32,000 nt of DNA from Vibrio vulnificus CMCP6 (GCF_000039765.1 NC_004460.2:900001-932000), one strand, 5' to 3'. Shown: positions 1 to 9,585, numbered from the stretch's first letter. Numbers and translations are program-made. Notes: generated by a model not told the origin, from the letters alone.

Positions 1-708
1 GGTCTGCGGCTTGCTCGACAATTCTTACAGCAAGTCATCAAGCTTGGCCTTGCGACGGCAACCGAGTATTTAGACACCACGACTTACCCCTATATTTCTG
101 ACCTCATTTGCTGGGGTGCCATTGGCGCGAGGACAACTGAATCTCAAATTCACCGTCAAATGGCCTCGGCGCTTCCCTGTCCTATTGGTTTCAAAAACGG
201 GACCGACGGCAATGTTGATATTGCTATCGACGCGATACACGCGGCAAACTCACCCCATCTCATCTGTGTGCCAGGATTTGGGGCACGTACTCTCACAGCC
301 ATCAGTCATGGTAACCCCAATGGCCATATCATTTTGCGAGGTGGCAAAACGCCAAACTACACCACCGAGCATGTTTGCCAAATCAGCCAACAACTGGAAG
401 CCAACGATCTTAACCCGCGCCTGATCATTGATTGCAGCCATGGCAATAGCCTGAAAGTGGCAAAGAACCAACTCGATGTGGCGAGAAACATCGCCTGTCA
501 GTTGATCGAAGGAGAAAAATGCATTGCAGGCGTGATGGCGGAGAGCTTCTTGGTAGCAGGCGCGCAAAAGATCACCGATCGTCCGTTGGTCAAAGGCATG
601 TCGATTACTGATGAATGTTTGGGGTGGGAAGAGACGGAAAGTATTCTCAATATTTTTGCGGAAGCGGTGAATGTCGTGATGACGGAGCGCTTTTCCACCG
701 TTGCCTAA
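1..708 (+). CDS. 3-deoxy-7-phosphoheptulonate (DAHP) synthase, class I AroG/F/H type, 5'-truncated by window edge
   Basis: Frame 1 is open from base 1; the ORF track only starts at the internal Met at 160. The translation GLRLARQFLQQ...DLICWGAIGARTTESQIHRQMASALPCPIGFKNGTDG...IIDCSHGNS...SITDECLGWEETE carries typical class I DAHP synthase motifs. Stop codon at 706-708. Confidence 0.9.
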   Translation, partial: GLRLARQFLQQVIKLGLATATEYLDTTTYPYISDLICWGAIGARTTESQIHRQMASALPCPIGFKNGTDGNVDIAIDAIHAANSPHLICVPGFGARTLTAISHGNPNGHIILRGGKTPNYTTEHVCQISQQLEANDLNPRLIIDCSHGNSLKVAKNQLDVARNIACQLIEGEKCIAGVMAESFLVAGAQKITDRPLVKGMSITDECLGWEETESILNIFAEAVNVVMTERFSTVA

Positions 709-717
709 ATCACCAGT

Positions 718-883
718 GGGACTAGGGACTAGGGACTAGGGACTAGGGACTAGGGACTAGGGACTAGCAAACTAGAAAACTAGAAAACTAGAAAACTAGA
801 AAACTAGCAACCTAGCAACCTAGCAACCTAGCAACCTAGCAACCTAGCAACCTAGCAACCTAGCAACCTAGCAACCTAGCAAG
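718..883. repeat. Compound tandem repeat: (GGGACTA)x7, GCAAACTA x1, (GAAAACTA)x4, (GCAACCTA)x9, then partial GCAAG
   Basis: Counted directly: 718-766 holds seven 7-mers, 767-774 one variant 8-mer, 775-806 four 8-mers and 807-878 nine 8-mers. Every unit junction forms CTAG, giving 21 CTAG in 166 bp. The array starts 10 nt after the DAHP synthase stop. Confidence 0.97.
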
Positions 884-891
884 CATATCAA

Positions 892-921
892 AGGAATGGT
901 TACCATCCACCATTCCTCTTC
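892..921 (+). terminator. Rho-independent terminator candidate downstream of the DAHP synthase gene
   Basis: Stem AGGAATGGT (892-900), loop TACCATCC, stem ACCATTCCT (909-917), followed by the T-rich CTTCTTTTG. Confidence 0.6.
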
Positions 922-939
922 TTTTGCTTCAGCAAGTTA

Positions 940-1728
940 TTAATTATCCAATGTCGCACCACCGTCAACTCTGAGATCGTGCAAGGTAATGTGCCCTGCG
1001 TGCTCGGAAAGTAAAAACAGTACCGACCGTGCGATGTCTTGTGGCTCAGCCATTTTTCTTAACGGAATCCCCAAACGAAATTGCTCTAAATTCCCTGCAA
1101 TGACTTGAGGTTCACCGTATTCTTCCGACCACAATTGCATCTGCATGTCTGTGCGTGTTGAACCGGGGCTGACAATATTGCAGCGTACTCCATATTCCGC
1201 CAACTCCATTCCCATCGATTTAACCAGCATGTGCAACGCCGCCTTAGATGCCCCATAAGCCCCCATATTTGGACGAGGTGTATTGGCCGCATTAGAACCG
1301 ACAATCACCATACTGCCTGAGCGTCGTGCTTTCATTCCTTCTGCCAAGGCCTGCATCACCGCCAAGGTACCAAACGTGTTCACATTGAAAGTGTGCTCAA
1401 TTTGCGCCAGAGGCATGCTCGTAATGGAGCCAAGATGCAATACGCCGGCACAACATACGAGGTGATCAAACTGGCCATGTTGTTCAATCATTTGCGCCAC
1501 ACGACGAGCAACAGACTCCGGCTGAGAAAGATCCAAGTGATAGCAAAATAACTGCTCGCGATAGCGGTTCTTCAATGCGTCACTGTCTGTCTTGAGTCGC
1601 ACTTCATCGATGTCCGTGGCGACCACTCGAGCCCCCGCTTCAAGTAGATGCTGCATCACACTGAAACCAATACCTTTCGCCGCACCAGTCAGAAAAACAG
1701 TTTGTTTTTCAAGAAATTGGTTAAACAT
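940..1728 (-). CDS. vibA: 2,3-dihydro-2,3-dihydroxybenzoate dehydrogenase (SDR family, EntA/VibA type)
   Basis: 262 aa with an N-terminal TGAAKGIG Rossmann motif and a YGASKAA catalytic motif. It sits in a DHB biosynthesis context, divergent from the isochorismate synthase gene. Confidence 0.88.
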   Translation of the reverse strand: MFNQFLEKQTVFLTGAAKGIGFSVMQHLLEAGARVVATDIDEVRLKTDSDALKNRYREQLFCYHLDLSQPESVARRVAQMIEQHGQFDHLVCCAGVLHLGSITSMPLAQIEHTFNVNTFGTLAVMQALAEGMKARRSGSMVIVGSNAANTPRPNMGAYGASKAALHMLVKSMGMELAEYGVRCNIVSPGSTRTDMQMQLWSEEYGEPQVIAGNLEQFRLGIPLRKMAEPQDIARSVLFLLSEHAGHITLHDLRVDGGATLDN

Positions 1729-1827
1729 AAAAACGTTATCTCTTTAATCTGTGTTCACTTATCCCGTCATGGATATCTGCACCCATGCTATAAATTCGTG
1801 ATTTAATGCACAAAAACAAACTTAGAT

Positions 1828-1846
1828 ATTAATGATAATTATTATC
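1828..1846. promoter_or_regulatory. Fur box in the divergent vibA / vibC promoter region
   Basis: ATTAATGATAATTATTATC matches the 19-bp Fur consensus GATAATGATAATCATTATC at 16 of 19 positions. Confidence 0.75.
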
Positions 1847-2099
1847 GTTAGCATTTAAATCGTGATAACTGTAATCTTACTCCACTGAATAAGCAACCTA
1901 TACCCAACCGATGACATTGCAGGCCAGACAAACATGCCGACTCACAAACATAACGAGTCTATGGCATTGAGATCAGTCCGTCGCCACCACCGCAAAGTTG
2001 ATTCAGTTGGGAAAAGAGTGCACTCCTTTATCCGCACATTGCGCCGCTAAAAGAGCACTCTTTCGTATACCACGATCGAAATATCTAGAGGGATCTGTT

Positions 2100-3281
2100 A
2101 TGAAACGTGAAGTGATTGGCTATACCAAAATGGCAAACGAACTGTTGGATAACGAACTATCATCGTCGCCATTTTTCTTCGCTTCTCCAAATAACACTAT
2201 GATGGGCATCGGCGTTCAAGAAGAGCGTCTTCAAACCTTGCCATTTTCTGAATTGGCTGATGTGGCGAATAACATGCTCAAAAATGCCAAAACTAGCGAA
2301 TCAGACAATCCGGTTTTGTTTGGTGTTGTGCCATTTAATCAAGAAAACATGACTCGATTTGTTATTCCAAAGACGTTGTACATCTCCAGTAGCACCCGAG
2401 CTTCGCACACGTCCGCCTCCTCAGCACCACAAGCTCGTCTTATTTCTTCGCCAAGTGGCCACCACTATAAGCAGGGGGTGCATGATCTCTTAGGGATGTT
2501 TGCCAATCAGGAACTCTCGAAAGTCGTACTGTCTCGTGCTATAGAAGTGGCGACAGAAACCGACATTCAACAGCAAGCCTTACTGAGAAACTTGCTCTCC
2601 ATTAACGCTAAAGGCTACACCTTTGCTGCGCAAATTGGCGACAACCAAAAGTTGATGGGAGCCAGCCCAGAGCTGCTTGTAGCCAAAAAAGGCAGCCACC
2701 TGATTTCCAATCCGCTGGCCGGTTCAAGACCACGCTCAGAGTCTGAGCAACAAAATCAGGCGTCCATTCAATCGCTGCTCAATACGGGCAAGGATCTCCA
2801 TGAACACGGCTTGGTGGTGGAAGAAGTTGAGCGCGTCATGAGCAAGTATTGCTGCAATTTGTACACGCCGATGGTTCCGTCGGTGATCGAGACCCAAACG
2901 ATGCTGCATCTTTCTACACAACTCGAAGGACAAGTGTTGGATCCCGCCATCAATGTGTTGCAAGTGGCTGCGGAGCTGCATCCCACCCCAGCGGTCTGTG
3001 GCTACCCTCGCGAGAAAGCCTATGAAGCGATCAAAAGATTGGAACAGTTTGATCGCGGTTATTTTACCGGCATGGTTGGATGGTGCGATTCACGTGGAAA
3101 TGGGGAGTGGGTTGTGACGATTCGCTGCGCAGAAGTGCAGCCGCGTCGGATGAAGGTGTTTGCTGGAGCGGGCATCGTCAACGAGTCGCAACCTCAAAGT
3201 GAGCTTGATGAAACAGGGGCCAAAATGAACACCATCTTAAAAGCCGCAGGGATTCAACTGAACGAAATGTTAACGGCATAA
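2100..3281 (+). CDS. vibC: Isochorismate synthase (EntC/VibC type)
   Basis: Chorismate-utilising enzyme C-terminal motifs are present ([25 protein letters not shown]). I moved the start to ATG 2100 (MKREVIGY...), which follows GAGGGA. The track's 1998 start is a TTG with no RBS and adds a 34-aa non-conserved-looking extension. Confidence 0.88.
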   Translation: MKREVIGYTKMANELLDNELSSSPFFFASPNNTMMGIGVQEERLQTLPFSELADVANNMLKNAKTSESDNPVLFGVVPFNQENMTRFVIPKTLYISSSTRASHTSASSAPQARLISSPSGHHYKQGVHDLLGMFANQELSKVVLSRAIEVATETDIQQQALLRNLLSINAKGYTFAAQIGDNQKLMGASPELLVAKKGSHLISNPLAGSRPRSESEQQNQASIQSLLNTGKDLHEHGLVVEEVERVMSKYCCNLYTPMVPSVIETQTMLHLSTQLEGQVLDPAINVLQVAAELHPTPAVCGYPREKAYEAIKRLEQFDRGYFTGMVGWCDSRGNGEWVVTIRCAEVQPRRMKVFAGAGIVNESQPQSELDETGAKMNTILKAAGIQLNEMLTA

Positions 3282-3290
3282 GGTATCGGC

Positions 3291-4928
3291 ATGAACTCTG
3301 TACAATCTGATTTCACTCCATGGCCAGAGCAGATGGCGGACGATTATCGCCGCCTTGGCTTATGGCAAGATAAAACGCTCTATCAGTATCTCAAGCAATC
3401 CATTATTCGCTACCCGACCAATATTGCTATTGTATGCCGTCAACAAAGCATCACATACGCTGAGCTTGAGCGAAAAATCCATGCGGCTGCCAATGGGTTT
3501 CGCTCGCTGGGCCTCGCTGAAGGCGATAACGTGATTCTGCAGATGACCAATATCGCCGAGTTCTATGTCAGTTACTTTGCGTTGATTCATCAAGGCATTC
3601 GCCCAATATTGGCGTTACCTGCCCATCGTCACGCTGAGATTAGCTACTTCTGCCAACATGCCCAAGCCAAAGCGTATCTGATCGATGGCCAAACTCGTGG
3701 TTTTGACTACCAAACGCTGGCCGAAAAACTTCTCAAAGAGCACCCATGTTTGCGCCATGTCATCGTCAGAGCCAATCACTCCGAGCTGCTGCAATCTCAT
3801 TTCATCTCATTTGACGACTTTCGCGATGAACGAGAACTGGCCCCTGTCAGTAACGCAAGTCAGGTTGCCTTTTTTCAACTTTCCGGCGGGACGACGGGCA
3901 CTCCCAAATTGATCCCACGTACGCACAATGATTATGCTTACAGTGTGGTCGGCAGTAACGCCATCTGTGGTTTTAATGAGTACACACGCTATCTTTGCGC
4001 GCTACCCGCTGCGCACAATTTTCCGCTCAGTTCCCCAGGTTCGCTTGGAGTATTTTTCGCTGGTGGCACCGTTGTCCTGACGCAAGACCCAACGCCCAAA
4101 GCGGCATTTCCTCTGATTGAACGTCACAAAGTAACCGTATCGGCTCTGGTTCCCCCGTTAGCTTTGCTGTGGATGGATGCGGCGCCACACGCACGCTACA
4201 ACTTATCGAGCTTACAGTTAATCCAAGTTGGTGGTGCTAAGTTGAGCCAAAGTGCGGCAAAAGCTTTGCCAAAAGCACTCAATTGCCAGCTTCAACAAGT
4301 GTTCGGCATGGCAGAAGGGCTAGTGAATTATACTCGCCTGGACGATCCGCTGGAGGTGATCATCGAAACGCAAGGTCGGCCCATATCCGCCCATGATCAA
4401 GTAAAAGTAGTCAATGAAGCCGGTGAAGAGGTTGCCTGCGGAGAAGAAGGTTTTCTCCTTACCCAAGGGCCTTATACGATTCGCGGCTACTACCGAGCAC
4501 CGGAGCACAATCAGCGTTCGTTCACTCACAACGGTTTTTATCGCACTGGCGATATTGTGAAGATAACAGAGCAAGGCAATATCATCGTCACAGGCCGAGA
4601 CAAAGATCAGATCAATCGTGGCGGTGAAAAAATCGCGGCAGAAGAAGTGGAGAATCATTTGCTGGGCCACAGTGCGATTCATGATGTGGCGCTGATTGCC
4701 ATTCCCGACCGCTTGTTGGGTGAGCGAAGCTGCGCAGTGATCGTCACCAAACGTCATCTCAATATCACAGGAACGGAACTAAAACGCTACTTACGCAGCA
4801 AAGGGTTAGCGGACTATAAGATCCCCGATGTGATCCAATTTGCCGATGCTCTGCCCAAAACATCCGTAGGAAAGATCGACAAGAAACGCTTGCGTGAATC
4901 TTACGCCCAGCTTGGTTTGAGTGCTTAG
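3291..4928 (+). CDS. vibE: 2,3-dihydroxybenzoate-AMP ligase (EntE/VibE/DhbE type aryl acid adenylating enzyme)
   Basis: 545 aa with adenylation core motifs LSGGTTGTPKLIPRTH, YRTGD and GKIDKK. The substrate pocket segment AAHNFPLSSPG has Ser at the DhbE-240-equivalent position, the DHB type. Confidence 0.88.
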   Translation: MNSVQSDFTPWPEQMADDYRRLGLWQDKTLYQYLKQSIIRYPTNIAIVCRQQSITYAELERKIHAAANGFRSLGLAEGDNVILQMTNIAEFYVSYFALIHQGIRPILALPAHRHAEISYFCQHAQAKAYLIDGQTRGFDYQTLAEKLLKEHPCLRHVIVRANHSELLQSHFISFDDFRDERELAPVSNASQVAFFQLSGGTTGTPKLIPRTHNDYAYSVVGSNAICGFNEYTRYLCALPAAHNFPLSSPGSLGVFFAGGTVVLTQDPTPKAAFPLIERHKVTVSALVPPLALLWMDAAPHARYNLSSLQLIQVGGAKLSQSAAKALPKALNCQLQQVFGMAEGLVNYTRLDDPLEVIIETQGRPISAHDQVKVVNEAGEEVACGEEGFLLTQGPYTIRGYYRAPEHNQRSFTHNGFYRTGDIVKITEQGNIIVTGRDKDQINRGGEKIAAEEVENHLLGHSAIHDVALIAIPDRLLGERSCAVIVTKRHLNITGTELKRYLRSKGLADYKIPDVIQFADALPKTSVGKIDKKRLRESYAQLGLSA

Positions 4929-4978
4929 TAGCGAAAAGTAAGTCGTGAACAGAACGGAATAAAAAAACGGAATAAAAA

Positions 4979-5007
4979 GAAAGCCGATTTTAATGAAATC
5001 GGCTTTC
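4979..5007. terminator. Bidirectional rho-independent terminator between convergent vibE and viuB-like genes
   Basis: GAAAGCCGATTT (4979-4990), loop TAATG, AAATCGGCTTTC (4996-5007). An A-run lies on the left and T-rich sequence on the right. Confidence 0.75.
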
Positions 5008-5046
5008 TTCTGTTTCGAGGCGCTATCGATGAACAACGGCAGTGGA

Positions 5047-5862
5047 CTAATACACTGCATCCATCACATCATGACGTTCATCGTGATACGCTTCTTCCGT
5101 CTTACCTCTTTTCCAGTAAGGAATCGCGTAGAGCTTGTCACGCGCGATCTGATAGTCATTGCGCAAGATCTTACGGCAGTTGATCACACTCTGGTTTTCA
5201 CCCGCGATAAAAGCAGACAGCGAGGTCGCTTTCTCTGGGGAGGGTAGTTGCTTAATCGCCTTAGCTAATGCGGGCTCGGCATCATGAGGATTGCGCATCA
5301 ACCAATTGATGGCCATCTCTTCTGGATGAACAAGATCGTGGATATCTTCAATCTCATCCACCTCAATAAACACATAGCCTTTGGCGTCACTGGGCAACTT
5401 TTCCAAGATGGCACTAATCGCAGGCACCGCCGAGAGATCACCTGCGATTATATGCCAATCCGCGGGTTCAATGAGCGGGTCAGGTCCTGCTGGCCCAATT
5501 AAACCAATCTGCGAGCCGATGTCTGCCTTTAGTGCCCAACCACCGCCCGGAGTCTCCTCCCCATGCGTCACAAAATCGATGTCCAGCTCATTCACCGCCG
5601 CACGATATTGTCTGACCGAGTAAGCTCTCGGAACGGGTTTGTGTTCAGGCCAAATGACGTTGTCCCCTTCTCGCACCGGCAACTGGAGAATGCCACTTGC
5701 TTGGTTGGGGAAAAACACTTTGATGTGCGAACCATTTTGGTCTTCCGGGAAGCCGATTAAATCCTCTCCGGTTAACGTTACTCGGAGTAAGTTTTTTGAG
5801 ATGGTTTCTTTGCGTACAAAATCCAGTAACATTGGATAGACGCGCTCTGGGCTGTCACTCAT
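5047..5862 (-). CDS. viuB: Siderophore-interacting FAD-binding protein / ferric-siderophore reductase (ViuB family)
   Basis: 271 aa, the same length class as ViuB. The FAD-binding region RAYSVRQY and the C-terminal SIP domain pattern are present, within a siderophore cluster. Confidence 0.82.
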   Translation of the reverse strand: MSDSPERVYPMLLDFVRKETISKNLLRVTLTGEDLIGFPEDQNGSHIKVFFPNQASGILQLPVREGDNVIWPEHKPVPRAYSVRQYRAAVNELDIDFVTHGEETPGGGWALKADIGSQIGLIGPAGPDPLIEPADWHIIAGDLSAVPAISAILEKLPSDAKGYVFIEVDEIEDIHDLVHPEEMAINWLMRNPHDAEPALAKAIKQLPSPEKATSLSAFIAGENQSVINCRKILRNDYQIARDKLYAIPYWKRGKTEEAYHDERHDVMDAVY

Positions 5863-5925
5863 TCTTTCACCTAATCTTTTTTGTTATTTTTGCCTAGCTG
5901 ACGTTGTTATCTTTGACCTTCACAC

Positions 5926-6813
5926 TTAGGCGACGGCCATGGTTTGTTCTTCATTTCTCGCTTGTTCAATCACCAGCCACCACTCTCTAAGCGAAGCCGC
6001 TTCCATCAATTGACCAAACGAAATGTTCTCACCCTGTTGATGCCATTTTTCCACCAACACCATCGCCCGCATCGAGTCCAAGCCAACGAACATTAAATCC
6101 TCATCAAGATCAACCTCGTCTGGTTGTATTCCTAAGCTCGTCGCAACGTCCTGCTGGATCTGTTCCAGCGTTAGCGGCTTTTGCGAACGGATTTCATCTA
6201 ATGCCTCATCGAGACGCTTTACGCTGCCACTACGACTGGCCACGTATTCCAAGGTCCGCAAATGATCTTCTCGAGTAAAATCCGCAATAGCATCACCAAT
6301 CACAAACGGCTGGATGTCCAGCATGAAGGCGTCTAACGTGGTCGAAAGTATGCCGATATGGCCATAAATCCCAGAAATGATGAGCTGGCTTTTCCCTTGC
6401 GCGCGCATAAACTCGAGCAATGGGGTTTTCTTAAATGCGCTGTAACGCCATTTGACGTATTCAATGTCACCCTCTTCCGGGCTGAGCGCTTCAACGATAG
6501 GTACATGATCGCCATTCAGGCCCGGCCCCCAGAAATCAGTGAGCAGCGCTCGGTCTGTCGGATGTTGGTTAGCAGGCTGCGCCGTATAGATAACGGGAAT
6601 GCCCGCTTTTTTCGCTGCGGCTTTTAAGCGTTGAATATGTTGAATGATGTCAACAACTGGCGATGAATCTGGCTGATAATAGTTGACGAAATATTCTTGC
6701 ATATCGTGGATCAAAAGTACGGCCTGGTCGGGATCGATTGTCCAGCCCGTTCTGTTATCTGGAAACTCAGCGGGGGTTGGCAACGGATAGCCAGCAATTT
6801 TGGGGATTCCCAT
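5926..6813 (-). CDS. vibB: Bifunctional isochorismatase / aryl carrier protein (EntB/VibB type)
   Basis: 295 aa with an N-terminal isochorismatase domain. The C-terminal carrier domain has the phosphopantetheine site GLDSMRAM. Confidence 0.9.
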   Translation of the reverse strand: MGIPKIAGYPLPTPAEFPDNRTGWTIDPDQAVLLIHDMQEYFVNYYQPDSSPVVDIIQHIQRLKAAAKKAGIPVIYTAQPANQHPTDRALLTDFWGPGLNGDHVPIVEALSPEEGDIEYVKWRYSAFKKTPLLEFMRAQGKSQLIISGIYGHIGILSTTLDAFMLDIQPFVIGDAIADFTREDHLRTLEYVASRSGSVKRLDEALDEIRSQKPLTLEQIQQDVATSLGIQPDEVDLDEDLMFVGLDSMRAMVLVEKWHQQGENISFGQLMEAASLREWWLVIEQARNEEQTMAVA

Positions 6814-6915
6814 GTTGATAATCCTTTCATTTTGTTTGTCATGATGGTGGCGGTTCGATTACGCGCCACTCACAGACGAAGCATGACGGTTAGCGTCGTT
6901 TTTACGAGTGATAAG

Positions 6916-7245
6916 CTAATCTTGGCTCACTGGCGCAAGGCCTTTTTGGCTGCGCCAATGCTGGATCTGCTGACTGATGTACCATTGGATAATGTTGTCA
7001 AAAAGTGCTTCCACATACTCTTCTGATAACCCCTGTTCATTAGCCCAATGCCGGCGTTCTTCCAGCATGGACGCCACTCGCTCAGGGGCAGGTATGCTTT
7101 TCTCATCGGGTTTAAATTGTGCGGCAGCTTTCACGTATCCCATTCTCTGAGAGAGGATATGGACAATCTCTTTATCAAGAGTGTCGATTCCCAGTCGAAT
7201 ATCATTGAGGCTTTCACACGCTTCTGGTTTCTTCAACGATGCCAC
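6916..7245 (-). CDS. AroQ-class chorismate mutase fold protein, predicted isochorismate-pyruvate lyase (PchB-like, salicylate-forming)
   Basis: 109 aa. LNDIRLGIDTLDKEIVHILSQRMGYVKAAAQFK is the AroQ helix-1/2 signature. The gene lies between an isochorismatase and a salicylate-type ligase, with an isochorismate synthase in the same locus. Confidence 0.7.
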   Translation of the reverse strand: MASLKKPEACESLNDIRLGIDTLDKEIVHILSQRMGYVKAAAQFKPDEKSIPAPERVASMLEERRHWANEQGLSEEYVEALFDNIIQWYISQQIQHWRSQKGLAPVSQD

Positions 7246-7355
7246 GGTTATTTCCTTTCGATTGAATTCCTTGCTTTATGTGCGTCCGCCTCGCAGCGGT
7301 TGGCACAGACAAACAGGTTATTTCAGTGGTTGTTCACTTCGAAACCACACAAAAC

Positions 7356-7391
7356 ATAAATGAGAATGTATATCATTAACAATGATTATAC
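7356..7391. promoter_or_regulatory. Fur-box-like AT-rich dyads upstream of the PchB-like/vibB/viuB minus-strand genes
   Basis: ATAAATGAGAATGTATATC matches the Fur consensus at 12 of 19 positions. It is followed by the dyad ATCATT-AAC-AATGAT. The site lies 111-146 nt upstream of the start at 7245. Confidence 0.45.
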
Positions 7392-7473
7392 AACCGCACA
7401 CAACCATTTCTTTACCATACGGCCACCTACCCTCGTCGTGTTTTTCTTTTTCGACCAATAGGTTGTAGAACCA

Positions 7474-9102
7474 TCACGGCAGAATGGTGCTTAAAATGCG
7501 CTTCTTGTCGATTTTACCTACGGCCGTTTTTGGCAACGATTTGACCGCAAACAGTTCATCAGGAAGTTTGAATGCGGCGATCTCTTTGGTTTGGAGAAAT
7601 TGCCGAATGTCTCGCAACATAATTTCGGGACCTCGAATGACGGCGGCGACGGCGATTTTTTCACCTAAATGAGCATCTGGCAGGGGAAACACCGCTACTT
7701 GGGCAATTTGTGGATGCGACAATAAGAGCTCTTCTAACTCATCAGCAGCAATGTTTTCGCCAGCACGAATGATCACATCCTTTATCCGTCCAGTGACCGT
7801 GAAGTAACCGTTGGCATCGACGACCACGCGATCGCCACTGCGATAATACCCTTCATCCGTAAACGCCCGCAGATTATGCTCTGGCGCACGGTAATATCCG
7901 CTAAGCGTGTAAGGCCCTCGGGTCAGCAGTTCCCCTTCCTCTCCAATCGCAACTGGCTTGCCTTGATCATCCACAACGAGGACCTCGTCCCATTCGCTGA
8001 CAGGACGACCTTGCCTTGTTGCAATAATTTCTTTGTCGTCGCCCAAACGGGTACACGCAATCAAACCTTCCGCCATACCAAAAACTTGCTGCAACGCGTT
8101 TGGAAAGGCGTTTTGCATTTCCAGCGCATCGCTATAGGCAAGCTTGGAACCACCGACTTGCATCAAACGCAAACTCGAACGATCCGTCGACTCCCATTGA
8201 GTTGCCTCCGTCCACAGCTGCGCCAATGCAGGCACCAACGCCGTTGCGGTAATACACTGTTTTTCAATAAGTTCAAAACAATAATCTGGGCTTGGGTTGG
8301 TGGTCAAAACCACTTTGCCGCCAGCATTCAACACCCCTAAGATCCCAGGACAGCCCAAGGTAAAATTGTGTGCCGCAGGCAACACCGCCAAATACACATC
8401 CTGCGCGCTGATTTCACTGGCTTTCGCACATTGCTCAACATTAAACAGATAATCATTGTGAGTTCGGGGGATAAGTTTGGGTAGCCCTGTCGTGCCTCCA
8501 GAAACGAGGAAAAGTGCCGGGTGTTCTGGGTCTACCATCGCTGGTGTAAAATCGCCAGCGTCACACTCTGGCAACGGCGAAAATTGACCAAAATGCCCGC
8601 TGATATAGCAGCGTATGGACACTGATAGTTCCGCTTGCAACTGAGTGGCAATCGCCAACGCTTTGTCATCCTTTTCATGATTGGAGCCGATGTACACTTT
8701 TGCCTCAGAGAGTTGCATAAAGTGGCGAATTTCGACCAAACCGTGTGCAGGTAATGCCAGTACGGGAACCACACCAAGGCGCTGAAGAGCAAAAAACACG
8801 ACGAGAAAATCGAGTGTATTGGCTAGCTGCAAGACAACACTGTCACCACACACAAGCCCTTCTTCTCGCAACCCAGCAGCGATCCTATCCACATGATTGG
8901 CCAACTCGAGATAGCTCAGTGAAGTGTGGTTATCGGTCACCGCTATCCTATCAGGGTGACGCTCTACTCCCTGATGAAGAATTTGCCACAGCGGCAAATT
9001 GCGCCACAAATTTGCAGCCTGATATTGTTCACGTTGAATACTAGGTTTACGCACAAAGCCATCGAGTATCTGCTTTGGTGTTTCGGTTGTCGCGACGACC
9101 AT
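7474..9102 (-). CDS. Second aryl-AMP ligase, predicted salicylate-activating (PchD/YbtE/MbtA-like pocket)
   Basis: 542 aa with adenylation motifs VSGGTTGLPKLIPRTH, YRSGD and GKIDKK. The pocket segment AAHNFTLGCPG has Cys where the DHB ligase has Ser. Confidence 0.8.
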   Translation of the reverse strand: MVVATTETPKQILDGFVRKPSIQREQYQAANLWRNLPLWQILHQGVERHPDRIAVTDNHTSLSYLELANHVDRIAAGLREEGLVCGDSVVLQLANTLDFLVVFFALQRLGVVPVLALPAHGLVEIRHFMQLSEAKVYIGSNHEKDDKALAIATQLQAELSVSIRCYISGHFGQFSPLPECDAGDFTPAMVDPEHPALFLVSGGTTGLPKLIPRTHNDYLFNVEQCAKASEISAQDVYLAVLPAAHNFTLGCPGILGVLNAGGKVVLTTNPSPDYCFELIEKQCITATALVPALAQLWTEATQWESTDRSSLRLMQVGGSKLAYSDALEMQNAFPNALQQVFGMAEGLIACTRLGDDKEIIATRQGRPVSEWDEVLVVDDQGKPVAIGEEGELLTRGPYTLSGYYRAPEHNLRAFTDEGYYRSGDRVVVDANGYFTVTGRIKDVIIRAGENIAADELEELLLSHPQIAQVAVFPLPDAHLGEKIAVAAVIRGPEIMLRDIRQFLQTKEIAAFKLPDELFAVKSLPKTAVGKIDKKRILSTILP

Positions 9103-9218
9103 ATCTATCCTTGCCTTTCTTTAAGGTCACTCCTATTTGGATTACTGGCCGTAGCACTAGGCATGAGTAACCCAAACCAATACGCAAATCAGTGATATTA
9201 ATAACACCAAATGCAAAT

Positions 9219-9237
9219 GGTAATAATAATCATTTGA
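9219..9237. promoter_or_regulatory. Fur box in the divergent region between the second ligase and the carrier protein gene
   Basis: GGTAATAATAATCATTTGA matches the Fur consensus at 14 of 19 positions. Confidence 0.6.
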
Positions 9238-9327
9238 ACAGATCAATCAAGTAATGATATGGTTAATTCCTACACTTAGCCGCAAAGAAAATCGGCAATA
9301 AGTCACGAAAAATGAAAGGAAATTATT

Positions 9328-9570
9328 TTGTCAGAACCTCTAAAAGAGTTTGATTTGCTTGCCACGCTCAGCGAGTTACTGCGAGTCAGCGAAGCTGAAA
9401 TTCAGTCCGACACTAACCTGATTGAACTGGGCCTCGACTCCATCAGTTTAATGCGCCTCACTGGTCGCCTTCGCCAAGTGGGTATCGAAGTCAACTTTGC
9501 CCAACTGATGAACTCACCAACGTTCAGCTCTTGGCAAACCATCATTTTCAACGCAAAGGCACTTGCCTAA
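9328..9570 (+). CDS. Free-standing aryl/peptidyl carrier protein
   Basis: 80 aa with the phosphopantetheinylation motif LGLDSISLMRL. It has a TTG start with AAGGA 7 nt upstream, and no in-frame ATG occurs before the motif. Confidence 0.72.
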   Translation: MSEPLKEFDLLATLSELLRVSEAEIQSDTNLIELGLDSISLMRLTGRLRQVGIEVNFAQLMNSPTFSSWQTIIFNAKALA

Positions 9571-9585
9571 AGCACCACGGACATG

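Noticed and set aside
718-883. Possibility that the tandem repeat tract is a CRISPR array
   Set aside because: The units are 7-8 bp and directly abutting, with no spacers. No cas genes or leader are present. It is a microsatellite-type array.
1998-2099. 34-codon N-terminal extension of the isochorismate synthase ORF
   Set aside because: It begins at a TTG with no RBS and lies in the Fur-regulated leader. ATG 2100 has a GAGGGA RBS and gives the length expected for EntC/VibC-type enzymes.
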